From positions 1 to 57,263 of IMG/VR virus record IMGVR_UViG_3300042114_000075: DNA of 57,263 bases; one strand, given 5' to 3'. Positions 41,186-49,510 of the stretch are shown piece after piece. Made by a program: the position numbers and the translations under genes. Each line of letters starts with the position of its first letter. Positions within the stretch are counted from its first letter, which is position 1. The DNA is from a virus (Duplodnaviria > Caudoviricetes). The notes under the pieces were generated by a model, which did no database searches, was not told where the DNA came from, and was given only the letters and a program-made list of their open reading frames with translations.

Positions 41186-42091
41186 ATGACTACGGATAAT
41201 AAAATAAAAAGACTCCAAGTTTTTGATTTTGATGGAACACTTGCTAACACTGTTTCTCCAGAAGAAGGTAAACCAGCTTGGGAGAAATATTATGATAAGC
41301 CTTTTCCACATAAAGGATGGTGGAGTAAACCAGAAAGTTTAGACTTAGGAGTATTTGACATCAAAATGTTTCCAAGTTTGCTTAACCAGTTGAAACGTGA
41401 AGTTTCAACACCAGATACGTATGTGATAATTCTCACATCACGTCTGGAAAGATTACGTCCACAACTCAAAGCAGTTCTGGATGTAAATGGTGTACATGTT
41501 AATGCAATTGACATGAAGCACAACGAATTAACTAAAGGTGAAAAAATCCTGAAATATATCGACCATTTACCTGACTTGGAAGAAGTCAGCGTTTATGATG
41601 ATAGAGAAGGTGACATTGAATCATATGAAGCAGTTAGGGATAGAATACCAGAAGGTATTTCCTTCAACATATACATAGCTGATAATGGTAAGTTCGGGTT
41701 GGCAGAGAATAAGCTATTGAATATCATTAAGGAAGAAATCAAGAGCTTTACAGGCGATAATGAAATTTATCATGGCACACATACTGGTGCAGCTATTAGC
41801 ATTCAACGTGAAGGTGGTATGTGACTTAATACTGAACCATATATTTCATTTACCAGCAAACCACGTGTAGCATATTATTATGCTGAAATGAAAGGTGGTA
41901 CAGATAGAGCAGTTATTTTAAGAACAAAATTAACAAGCGACTTTAAGCAATCACCAAAGTTTAATAAAAAAGATGGTTATGAATGGATAACAACTCGTGA
42001 AATTCCGTCTAATGAATTAGAAGTTCAAACTAATCAGGGTTGGATACCACTAAACAATTGGGACTTTATCGACAAAGCAATAAAAAATTAA
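41186..42091 (+). CDS. HAD phosphatase (Swiss-Army-knife RNA-repair-like) fused to an ART-like domain interrupted by an in-frame TGA at 41822-41824
   Basis: VFDFDGTL..WWSKPESL..ILTSR..YDDR; then IIKEEI linker, YHGT..*..ISFTS..YYAE..YEW in one frame. Confidence 0.75.
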
Positions 42092-42098
42092 AATACCT

Positions 42099-42106
42099 GT
42101 ATTTAT
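42099..42106 (+). promoter_or_regulatory. GTATTTAT putative late promoter
   Basis: 15 nt before ATG 42122. Confidence 0.6.
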
Positions 42107-42121
42107 AATAAAATATTTACT

Positions 42122-42878
42122 ATGGGAAAGAAATCAACAAAAGAAGAATTTATATTGAATGCCGTAAATACACATGGTGAGAAATATGATTATTCAAATG
42201 TTGAATATGTTGGAAGTAAGATTAAGGTTATTATTATTTGTAAAGAACATGGCAAATTTCTACAAAGACCAAATGACCATTTAACAGGATATGGATGTAA
42301 AAAATGTCAGTACGATAAAACATCGAAAGAAAATAAATTCACTACTGAAAATTTTATCAGTAGAGCAAATAAACTACATGTTAATAAATTTGATTATTCG
42401 TTGGTAGTATATGATGGTTATGAAAAGAAAGTGAAAATTATTTGTAAAAAACATGGTATTTTTGAACAAACACCCCATAACCATTTGAGTGGTACTGGCT
42501 GTCATTCTTGTTGTGAGTCTCGTGGAGAAAAGAAGGTTGCTGAAATTTTAACAAAAAATAATATTGAATTTATTAGAGAATTTACATTCAGTGATTTAAA
42601 GGATAAATCTAACTTATTTTATGATTTTTATTTACCAAAGCACAAATTATTTATTGAATATCATGGAATTATTTATTGAATATCATGGAATCCAACATTG
42701 TACACCAGTTGACTTTTTTGGTGGAAGAATTGAATTTGTTGAAACACGAAAACGTGATGTGATTAAATATAAATATGCAATAAATAATGGTTATAAGATG
42801 ATGTGGATATTTAACATTCCACCCAATCACATAGATGAAACATTAATGAACAAGTTAAAAGAAATATCTGTTATATGA
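42122..42878 (+). pseudogene. Homing endonuclease (DUF723-like Cys/His repeats plus PD-(D/E)xK nuclease) frameshifted by a 22-bp duplication
   Basis: Two H..KYDYS.V.Y..KV.IIC..HG.F.Q.P..HL.G.GC repeats; SRGE..YDFYLP..IEYHG.QH. Confidence 0.85.
42645..42688 (+). repeat. Perfect 22-bp tandem duplication
   Basis: AATTATTTATTGAATATCATGG twice. Confidence 0.95.
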
Positions 42879-43684
42879 GTAAAATATCACCCAAATATTT
42901 ACCACAAATCAGTGCACCGATTGATGAAGTTTTAGCAAAACTTAGCGAAATTGATTGTGATTATGAGTATATCAAAGTAAATCCAGAAGATTTGAAAGCA
43001 TCCCAACCATTTACACTATCAGATGGCGTATATGATTCAATAAATGATGATATGAATCCAATTTGGATTGATATTGATTTAAACATTATTGATGGGCATC
43101 ATTCATGGGTTAAATCTCTACATGGTGGTATGTTATTGACCGCAGTTAAAATAAATGTCAATTTTAAAGATGCTTGTAGGTTGTTGAATAAAATTCAGGA
43201 TATCTATGAATACGAAGATGCACGTTCAGTTGAAGAAGTTGAATCACAAGACGCTATCAATTATTATGGCGGTGACGAAAATCAGTTCTTAAATAATCTG
43301 GAAGAAAGTAATGCTGAAATTCAACAAGAAATCCCAAGTAAAAACGAACAAACCGTAATAGCATACCGAAAAGAACCGATTAAGGAAAATTCTGCTGTTG
43401 GTAATTTCTTCACGCTTCAACCAATGGAAGGTTATGGCAAGTATCAGATTGAATTTGAAAACCTTCTTGACACACATGTGTTGGGAATGACATATAAAGA
43501 CGGTCAGCAGCCAGCCGAAATGCTTGCTAAAATATGGTTTCCGAATGTAAATTTCGAAAAATTGGGAGAACAATATAATATGCCACCCATCAATTTAAAA
43601 AACAAAGCAGTTGCGCAAAAAGCAATGAAAATGGGTTTTGATGGTATTAAATATGGCGATACATTAATTCAGGGATTAAAATAA
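42875..43684 (+). CDS. ParB/Srx-like N-terminal domain plus possible ART-like C-terminal domain
   Basis: VNPEDLKASQ..PIWID....IIDGHH; C-terminal GNFFTL..FENLLD..GFDGIKY. Confidence 0.6.
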   Translation: MSKISPKYLPQISAPIDEVLAKLSEIDCDYEYIKVNPEDLKASQPFTLSDGVYDSINDDMNPIWIDIDLNIIDGHHSWVKSLHGGMLLTAVKINVNFKDACRLLNKIQDIYEYEDARSVEEVESQDAINYYGGDENQFLNNLEESNAEIQQEIPSKNEQTVIAYRKEPIKENSAVGNFFTLQPMEGYGKYQIEFENLLDTHVLGMTYKDGQQPAEMLAKIWFPNVNFEKLGEQYNMPPINLKNKAVAQKAMKMGFDGIKYGDTLIQGLK

Positions 43685-43692
43685 AAAAAGAC

Positions 43693-44049
43693 ATGGGTAC
43701 ATTTAAAATCACAAACATAACACACCTTTTAGGTAAACGTGAACCTAAATTCAATTCAGTATTGGACGTTGACTATGTTGACAACATGATGAAGAAGACA
43801 ATTAAGATTAAAGCTGGCAATACTGTTTATTTAACAACGCCATCACTACCAATTTCGGCACACCTATTAAGAGTTAAAAATTTAATTACGGTTGTTGAAG
43901 TAAGCGATAATGAACTTGCAAGTGCTAAAGTAAAACCAACAGTAAAACCAGAAGCACAACCAGTTGTTAAAATTAAACCAGTGGTTCAAGTCGAAGAACC
44001 ACCAAAGCCTGCAAAAAAAAACGTAGTTAAAGAAGAGGTAACTAACTAA
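43693..44049 (+). CDS. Hypothetical protein with Pro/Lys/Val-rich tail
   Basis: 118-aa ORF ending before terminator. Confidence 0.7.
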   Translation: MGTFKITNITHLLGKREPKFNSVLDVDYVDNMMKKTIKIKAGNTVYLTTPSLPISAHLLRVKNLITVVEVSDNELASAKVKPTVKPEAQPVVKIKPVVQVEEPPKPAKKNVVKEEVTN

Positions 44050-44071
44050 TTATCAGTTAACAAGTCTATTG

Positions 44072-44097
44072 AAGCCAGCAATTAGCTGGCTTTTTTT
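44072..44097 (+). terminator. Rho-independent terminator
   Basis: AAGCCAGC-AATTA-GCTGGCTT plus T run. Confidence 0.85.
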
Positions 44098-44139
44098 GTG
44101 TTATTTTTACAATAAATTCAAGATTTTCCCCGATTTTAC

Positions 44140-44147
44140 GTATTTAT
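44140..44147 (+). promoter_or_regulatory. GTATTTAT putative late promoter
   Basis: Upstream of ATG 44189. Confidence 0.6.
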
Positions 44148-44188
44148 AATAAATTACATAAATTTATAAATTTTTATAGGCAGAGAAT

Positions 44189-46633
44189 ATGAACGGAAAA
44201 ATTAGAATATTATTCCACAATCTTGATGGTGCAGGCGTTAATTATTTTAGAACATTGACTCCTGCAATGGAACTTGAAAGAAATCATTCAGATGAATTTT
44301 ACGTAGAAATCAATCCTACGTTAGATTTTGCTGACCCAACAATTATTGATTATTTAAAATCATTTCATATTATACATTATCACCGTCAATTTCTTAATGA
44401 CCCAAAACAAATGGCTGAGTTGGCAAAAGAATTAAGGCAATCAGGAACTATCCTAATTGTTGATATTGATGACTACTGGCAGTTACATAAGAAGCACCCA
44501 TATTATCAAATGAGTCTTGAAAGTAATTTGGCTGCACCAATCATTGCAAACCTTAAAATTGCCGACTATGTTACCACAACAACAGATATTTTTGCTAATG
44601 AAATTCGTAAGGTAACTGGTAAAGATAATGTTAAAGTGTATTACAACTCTATTGACCCAATATGGATGAAACAATTTCAAAACAATTGGACTCCAGACCC
44701 AGATGGTCGTGTTAGAATTACATATATGGCTGGTTCTTGTTATGATGATGAGACTGAGATTTTTACTGAAAATGGTTGGAAATTATTTAAAGATTTAAAT
44801 AAAGAAGAGATGGTTGCAACATTAAATCCAGATAATAATCAGTTTGAATACCAAAAACCTACTGAATATATTGATGAACCATATTCTGGCGACATGTATT
44901 ATGGTAAAAATTCATTAATTGATTTTGCAGTCACACCCAATCATAAAATGTATGTTCACCCAACAAGACATTTAAATAGAAAGAGAATTAAATTTAATTT
45001 ATATCAAATGAGTGATGTTGAAAATTATGACTTAACTTTTAAAAAGAATTGTGAGTGGATTGGAAGGAATGATGAGTATATTGTAATTCCTGAACATATA
45101 ACAACTAATCAACATAAGGATAGGTGTGGTGAAATTAAAATTTTAATGACCGATTGGTTGAAATTCTTTGGTTTTTGGATGAGTGATGGTTGGACTACTA
45201 AGGATGAAAGTAATCAGGTGGGTATTTGTGGTTATAAAAAAATTGGTATTGAAACAATGGGTGAAATTAAATCACTGTTTGATAAATATGAAATAAGTTC
45301 AACATATACTAATGATGGTAATACGTTGAGAATTTTTAGTGTTCAATTATATAATTTTTTAAATAAATTTGGTTGTGCAAATGAAAAATATATACCAAGA
45401 GAAATTTTGAATTTGAGTAAAGAAAAATTAGAAATATTTTTAGAATATTACTTACGGGCAGATGGTCATATTGGAAAAAATGGAAGAAAAACAGCGTATA
45501 CTTCCTCAAAAATGTTGGCAGATAATTTAAATGAAATTGCGTTGAAATTGGGAGTATCTGCCACAATAAAAAATAGGGGCATTCGTAAGGGTGATAAATA
45601 TATTAAAGGAAGATTGATTAATCAAAGATATGATTCTTACGACATAAATTTTTATTTAAATTCAAGAAAGGGGAGTTTAACGCCAACATTACCCAACAAA
45701 AATATATTAATGAAAGAATATGTTGGTAATATTTATTGTGTAACTGTTCCCAATCATATTTTATATGTTAGAAGAAATGGTTCATCATATTGGTGTGGTA
45801 ATTCTCACATGGGTGATATTGAGCAGCTTGAAGGTGTAATGAATGTACTATCAAACGATTACGACCTGAAAGATAAGTTCAAAGTTATTGTTTCTGGTTG
45901 GGACACCGAAGGTAATACAACTGACATTACTTTCAACCAAGAATTTGGTACAGAACTTCAAAAGCGTAACCTATGGAATAAAGATGTTGTAAAAGCCATT
46001 AATAATTCAAGGGGTGATGTTGATAAAATACCAATTCCACAGGACTTGAAAGACAAATACCGTGGTGTTATATTCGACCAAAAGCAAAGGGACATTAAGT
46101 CAGAAGAAAGTGTTTATCTGGTATATGAAAACATCCTAACCGATAATCACCGTATGATTAAAAACCCAGATTATTTAGAATGGCTTGGTAATTTCGAAAG
46201 AAATGTACAATATGAAGATGAAGGTAATTTTGCAAGACGTTGGACTCAAAAAGCCAACACATATGCACAAGTACTTGATGAAACTGATATTGTAATTGCT
46301 CCGCTTGAAGACAATGCATTTAATCACATGAAATCAAACTTAAAACAGGTTGAATGTTGGACACGTAAGCTCCCAATTGTTTGCTCTGATGTTATACCAT
46401 ATAACGTACACGGCAGAAACATGGAAAACTGTGTGCTTATTCCGAATGAAAAGAATGCATTCAAATATTGGCATAAACAATTGAAAAAACTTATATTAGA
46501 TGCTGACCTAAGAAAGAGACTTGGTGAACAACTATATGAAGACTTCAAAGAAGAATATAATTTAGCTAACGTAACGACAAAGCGTGCTGAATTCTATAAA
46601 GAATGTATTGCCAAAACATTACAATTAGTTTAA
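44189..46633 (+). CDS. GT-B (GT4-like) glycosyltransferase containing an intein
   Basis: GVNYFR..P, VDIDDYW, ADYVTTTT, DIVIAPL..N.FN..KSNLK..E, PIVCSDV.PY. Confidence 0.85.
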   Translation: MNGKIRILFHNLDGAGVNYFRTLTPAMELERNHSDEFYVEINPTLDFADPTIIDYLKSFHIIHYHRQFLNDPKQMAELAKELRQSGTILIVDIDDYWQLHKKHPYYQMSLESNLAAPIIANLKIADYVTTTTDIFANEIRKVTGKDNVKVYYNSIDPIWMKQFQNNWTPDPDGRVRITYMAGSCYDDETEIFTENGWKLFKDLNKEEMVATLNPDNNQFEYQKPTEYIDEPYSGDMYYGKNSLIDFAVTPNHKMYVHPTRHLNRKRIKFNLYQMSDVENYDLTFKKNCEWIGRNDEYIVIPEHITTNQHKDRCGEIKILMTDWLKFFGFWMSDGWTTKDESNQVGICGYKKIGIETMGEIKSLFDKYEISSTYTNDGNTLRIFSVQLYNFLNKFGCANEKYIPREILNLSKEKLEIFLEYYLRADGHIGKNGRKTAYTSSKMLADNLNEIALKLGVSATIKNRGIRKGDKYIKGRLINQRYDSYDINFYLNSRKGSLTPTLPNKNILMKEYVGNIYCVTVPNHILYVRRNGSSYWCGNSHMGDIEQLEGVMNVLSNDYDLKDKFKVIVSGWDTEGNTTDITFNQEFGTELQKRNLWNKDVVKAINNSRGDVDKIPIPQDLKDKYRGVIFDQKQRDIKSEESVYLVYENILTDNHRMIKNPDYLEWLGNFERNVQYEDEGNFARRWTQKANTYAQVLDETDIVIAPLEDNAFNHMKSNLKQVECWTRKLPIVCSDVIPYNVHGRNMENCVLIPNEKNAFKYWHKQLKKLILDADLRKRLGEQLYEDFKEEYNLANVTTKRAEFYKECIAKTLQLV
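44738..45802 (+). mobile_element. Intein (355 aa) with LAGLIDADG endonuclease
   Basis: Starts CYDDETEIFTENGW, block B VTPNHKMYV, FFGFWMSDG and FLEYYLRADG, ends YCVTVPNH..WCGN followed by Ser; exteins rejoin as YMAGS-SHMGD. Confidence 0.92.
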
Positions 46634-46643
46634 ATTTATTTAT

Positions 46644-47063
46644 GTGAAAAAAGATATGAAAAAAGATAAGAAAGAAAAATTAATACATGAAGAAGAAAAG
46701 AAAACTCGTGTATTAGTAAAAGAAACTTTTAATGCAGAGAAATCCAAAAGCAAAACCAATCCTATGGTTGAAAATCTTGTGAAATCGGTTTTACTTAACA
46801 GAAGAATGGTAAAGAGAGATAAAAAAGCAAATAAAAAATGGCAGGATACATATTATCAGCATCTGTTTCTTCGATTTAAAGATTTGATTAACAGTCATAA
46901 TGAAAATTTTGGAATCAATATCAATAAACTGGATGATAAAATTACTGATAGAAAACGTGTACTAAAAATGCTTGAAGATAAGATAGATAAAGCAAAACTT
47001 GAATTGAGAAAAACAAAAAAAGATGCCAAAATTCCTAAAAAAGGTACTTCTCTGGATTTATAA
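46644..47063 (+). CDS. Basic hypothetical protein
   Basis: Lys-rich ORF; 3' end abuts an IS-end remnant. Confidence 0.6.
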   Translation: MKKDMKKDKKEKLIHEEEKKTRVLVKETFNAEKSKSKTNPMVENLVKSVLLNRRMVKRDKKANKKWQDTYYQHLFLRFKDLINSHNENFGININKLDDKITDRKRVLKMLEDKIDKAKLELRKTKKDAKIPKKGTSLDL

Positions 47064-47112
47064 AACGGAGCGTAAAACCCACCCATCGTTTTTACGTGGG
47101 TGGGTAGTTCAC
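47064..47112 (+). mobile_element. IS200/IS605-family right-end remnant (subterminal hairpin plus GTAGTTCAC end)
   Basis: ACCCACCCA-TCGTTTTTACG-TGGGTGGGT hairpin ending AGTTCAC; GC-rich island with no tnpA/tnpB adjacent. Confidence 0.6.
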
Positions 47113-47210
47113 CTTAAGTACCATATGATTATGGCCAGCCAAAAAAATAATATTAAGTTCACTGAGGATTGAATACAATAACTTAAATAATATTAAAACC
47201 ATATTAAATA

Positions 47211-48107
47211 ATGAAAAAATTATTTAAAAAAATATTATTGTGGGTATATCTTAAGATGCATTTGTCTGCATTTAACGTATCGTTGGCTATGCGTGAAGTT
47301 GAAATAGATATACTTAAGACTAATCAAAATAATTTAAAGGAGAGTGATAAAAAAATTCAAAGGATGCGCCACAGAAACAACATGCTTGAACAGTTCTATG
47401 CTGGTATAAGAAATGAAAAAACAATTGAATCGTATTATGAGATATTGAAGAAAGCTGACCATTTTATCAAGACTTCAACACCGCATAAAATTGCTGTTGC
47501 AACAGATAAACATTTACGTTTTGATGAAAAAGACCAATATGGTAAACGTTTTGCAATAACTGGTTTTTTTGATGAAAAACATAAGCACGCAGGTAAGACA
47601 ATTGCCGAAGTACTTGAATTGGAATATCAGGAAAGAAGAACCAATGACGATAAGTATGAATTATTGTATATTTTCAATAACAAACCAATTGAAGTAGGAC
47701 TTGCGAAGGTAATGGATATTATTGAAGAAAAGGGTGATAATGTGTTTGAAGTAAAAGACATTGAAAGCAAATCAAAACAATTTGAGTTTCCAATTAAAGC
47801 ATTTCGTGATAATTATGTCGTTAATAAGATAGAGCAACTTGCTGAATGTGTTCACATTAAGCAAACTTCCTTTGAATATAGACAATTAGAGTTCTTCATA
47901 CCACTAAAATATGGTACATCTGAAATTGAAGAAGGTTCACAAATATTTGAAGACCTTATAAATATAAAAGGGATATATGTCAAAAATGACTATGGTGAGC
48001 AGCTTGGATTTGGAATACTCAAACTAATAAAAAGAATAAAACATAACGATACTCATGAAGTCTGGAAATTCGATGGAATTGAAATGCAGAACGTGGGGCA
48101 ATATTAA
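47211..48107 (+). CDS. Hypothetical protein
   Basis: 298-aa ORF, no recognised motif. Confidence 0.7.
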   Translation: MKKLFKKILLWVYLKMHLSAFNVSLAMREVEIDILKTNQNNLKESDKKIQRMRHRNNMLEQFYAGIRNEKTIESYYEILKKADHFIKTSTPHKIAVATDKHLRFDEKDQYGKRFAITGFFDEKHKHAGKTIAEVLELEYQERRTNDDKYELLYIFNNKPIEVGLAKVMDIIEEKGDNVFEVKDIESKSKQFEFPIKAFRDNYVVNKIEQLAECVHIKQTSFEYRQLEFFIPLKYGTSEIEEGSQIFEDLINIKGIYVKNDYGEQLGFGILKLIKRIKHNDTHEVWKFDGIEMQNVGQY

Positions 48108-48119
48108 ACAATTAAACAT

Positions 48120-48560
48120 ATGGCATCAGATTTTTTAGACCAGTTAAAAAGGGCAGCAGATTCTGGAGAATTTAATTCGGAAGCAGCCAAAAAAATTATC
48201 GAAATAGCAGACCTTGCCGATAGGAAAATGGGTAGTACTAAGGCAATTGATGCTGCAATGGAAGCAGCCGAAAGAGAAGGAGCACTAAAAACAGTTACAG
48301 AACAAGAAGCAGCAGTTATTAATAGTGCCTATGAAGAAAAAATGGCTAATATTAAAAAGCAGGATGCAATTTTATTACAAATAGCAACGCTTAATGACTT
48401 TGAGGAAATAATTAAAGCAAGTGTGGACGAAATGTTTGCTTTTACCGATGAACTTGAAATAAAATTCGCAAAAGAATTTGAATCCGAAGACCCAATGTTT
48501 GGTGAATTATACCAAAAGATTGAAAACCTAAAATCACAATATAAAAAACCAATTATTTAA
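48120..48560 (+). CDS. Hypothetical acidic helical protein
   Basis: 146-aa ORF in operon spacing. Confidence 0.7.
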   Translation: MASDFLDQLKRAADSGEFNSEAAKKIIEIADLADRKMGSTKAIDAAMEAAEREGALKTVTEQEAAVINSAYEEKMANIKKQDAILLQIATLNDFEEIIKASVDEMFAFTDELEIKFAKEFESEDPMFGELYQKIENLKSQYKKPII

Positions 48561-48562
48561 TT

Positions 48563-49033
48563 ATGGCAAAATTTGAAGAAGCAGACGAAGATGTTGTAAA
48601 AATATTCGATGAAGTAAGGTACAACACTACAATTCATATTGATGTACAATTTACAGTTATTTGTAACAATAAACAGAAAACAATATGCAAGCTCGTTAAA
48701 TCAAGTGACCTTGTAGAATTACTTACCGAAGGACTAAATTTCGCAATGATTATTAACGAAGTAATTTTTAACGAATTGCCAGCAGACATGAAACGAATGG
48801 TGATTGATGAAGCACTTGCTGGTGTTAATGTCAATGAAAACGGCATTGTGTCAGATAGTAAACCAGACTTTTCTACTCACACGGGTATATTGCAGAAATA
48901 TGGTGGTGATAAAACAATTGTACTACATGAGTCAATCAAAACACTTTATACAGTACAAAAGCAGAAGGAAGATGAAGCAAAAGCTCAAACTAAAACCAAA
49001 AAAAGTCGAAAGCCGAAAGAAAGTGTAGAATAA
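48563..49033 (+). CDS. Phage putative-metallopeptidase-like protein, apparently lacking the HExxH motif
   Basis: FAMIINE..F..L..IDEALAGV..KPDF..ILQKYG pattern; tentative. Confidence 0.45.
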   Translation: MAKFEEADEDVVKIFDEVRYNTTIHIDVQFTVICNNKQKTICKLVKSSDLVELLTEGLNFAMIINEVIFNELPADMKRMVIDEALAGVNVNENGIVSDSKPDFSTHTGILQKYGGDKTIVLHESIKTLYTVQKQKEDEAKAQTKTKKSRKPKESVE

Positions 49034-49039
49034 AAACAG

Positions 49040-49068
49040 AAATCCAGACAAGTTGTCTGGATTTTTTT
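49040..49068 (+). terminator. Rho-independent terminator
   Basis: AAATCCAGAC-AAGTT-GTCTGGATTT plus T run. Confidence 0.85.
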
Positions 49069-49076
49069 CTTTATAA

Positions 49077-49084
49077 GTATTTAT
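49077..49084 (+). promoter_or_regulatory. GTATTTAT putative late promoter
   Basis: After terminator, 17 nt before baseplate ATG 49102. Confidence 0.7.
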
Positions 49085-49101
49085 AGAAAAACCGATTATA
49101 A

Positions 49102-49500
49102 ATGGCTACATACAATATTAAGTTTCCACTTGTTGATGATGTTGAAACAAACACCTATTTTCAGTTAACCAAGATAACTAAAGACGCTCTTAGTTCTGAC
49201 TTAGTACTACTTCTACTCACACAAAGGGGTGAAAGATACTATGAGCCTGATTATGGTACAAATTTATTGAAATACATATTTGAACCAAACGATGCTATAA
49301 CTGGTAGTGATGTGGAACAAGAAATTAAAAGAACTGTTTCACTATACATTCCAGCACTTACTATTGATAAAGTCACATTCAATTGGAATACAGATGATAA
49401 TGGTGAACCGATACTAGAAACGCAACTAAACGTTAACGTTAAATTCACATACAGCGAAGATGTGTTTAGTGAAGGCGGTGAATTAGATTTAAATTTTTAA
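49102..49500 (+). CDS. Baseplate protein, GPW/gp25 family
   Basis: LLLLTQRGERYYEPDYGTNL..IFEP signature. Confidence 0.88.
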   Translation: MATYNIKFPLVDDVETNTYFQLTKITKDALSSDLVLLLLTQRGERYYEPDYGTNLLKYIFEPNDAITGSDVEQEIKRTVSLYIPALTIDKVTFNWNTDDNGEPILETQLNVNVKFTYSEDVFSEGGELDLNF

Positions 49501-49510
49501 AATATAAAAT

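Noticed and set aside
20450-41824. Genome-wide TGA recoding (TGA at Trp-like positions in two endonuclease remnants and in-frame at 41822)
   Set aside because: Very long genes use TGG with no internal TGA, and TGA ends normal genes at 23890 and 28711; nonsense mutations explain the cases
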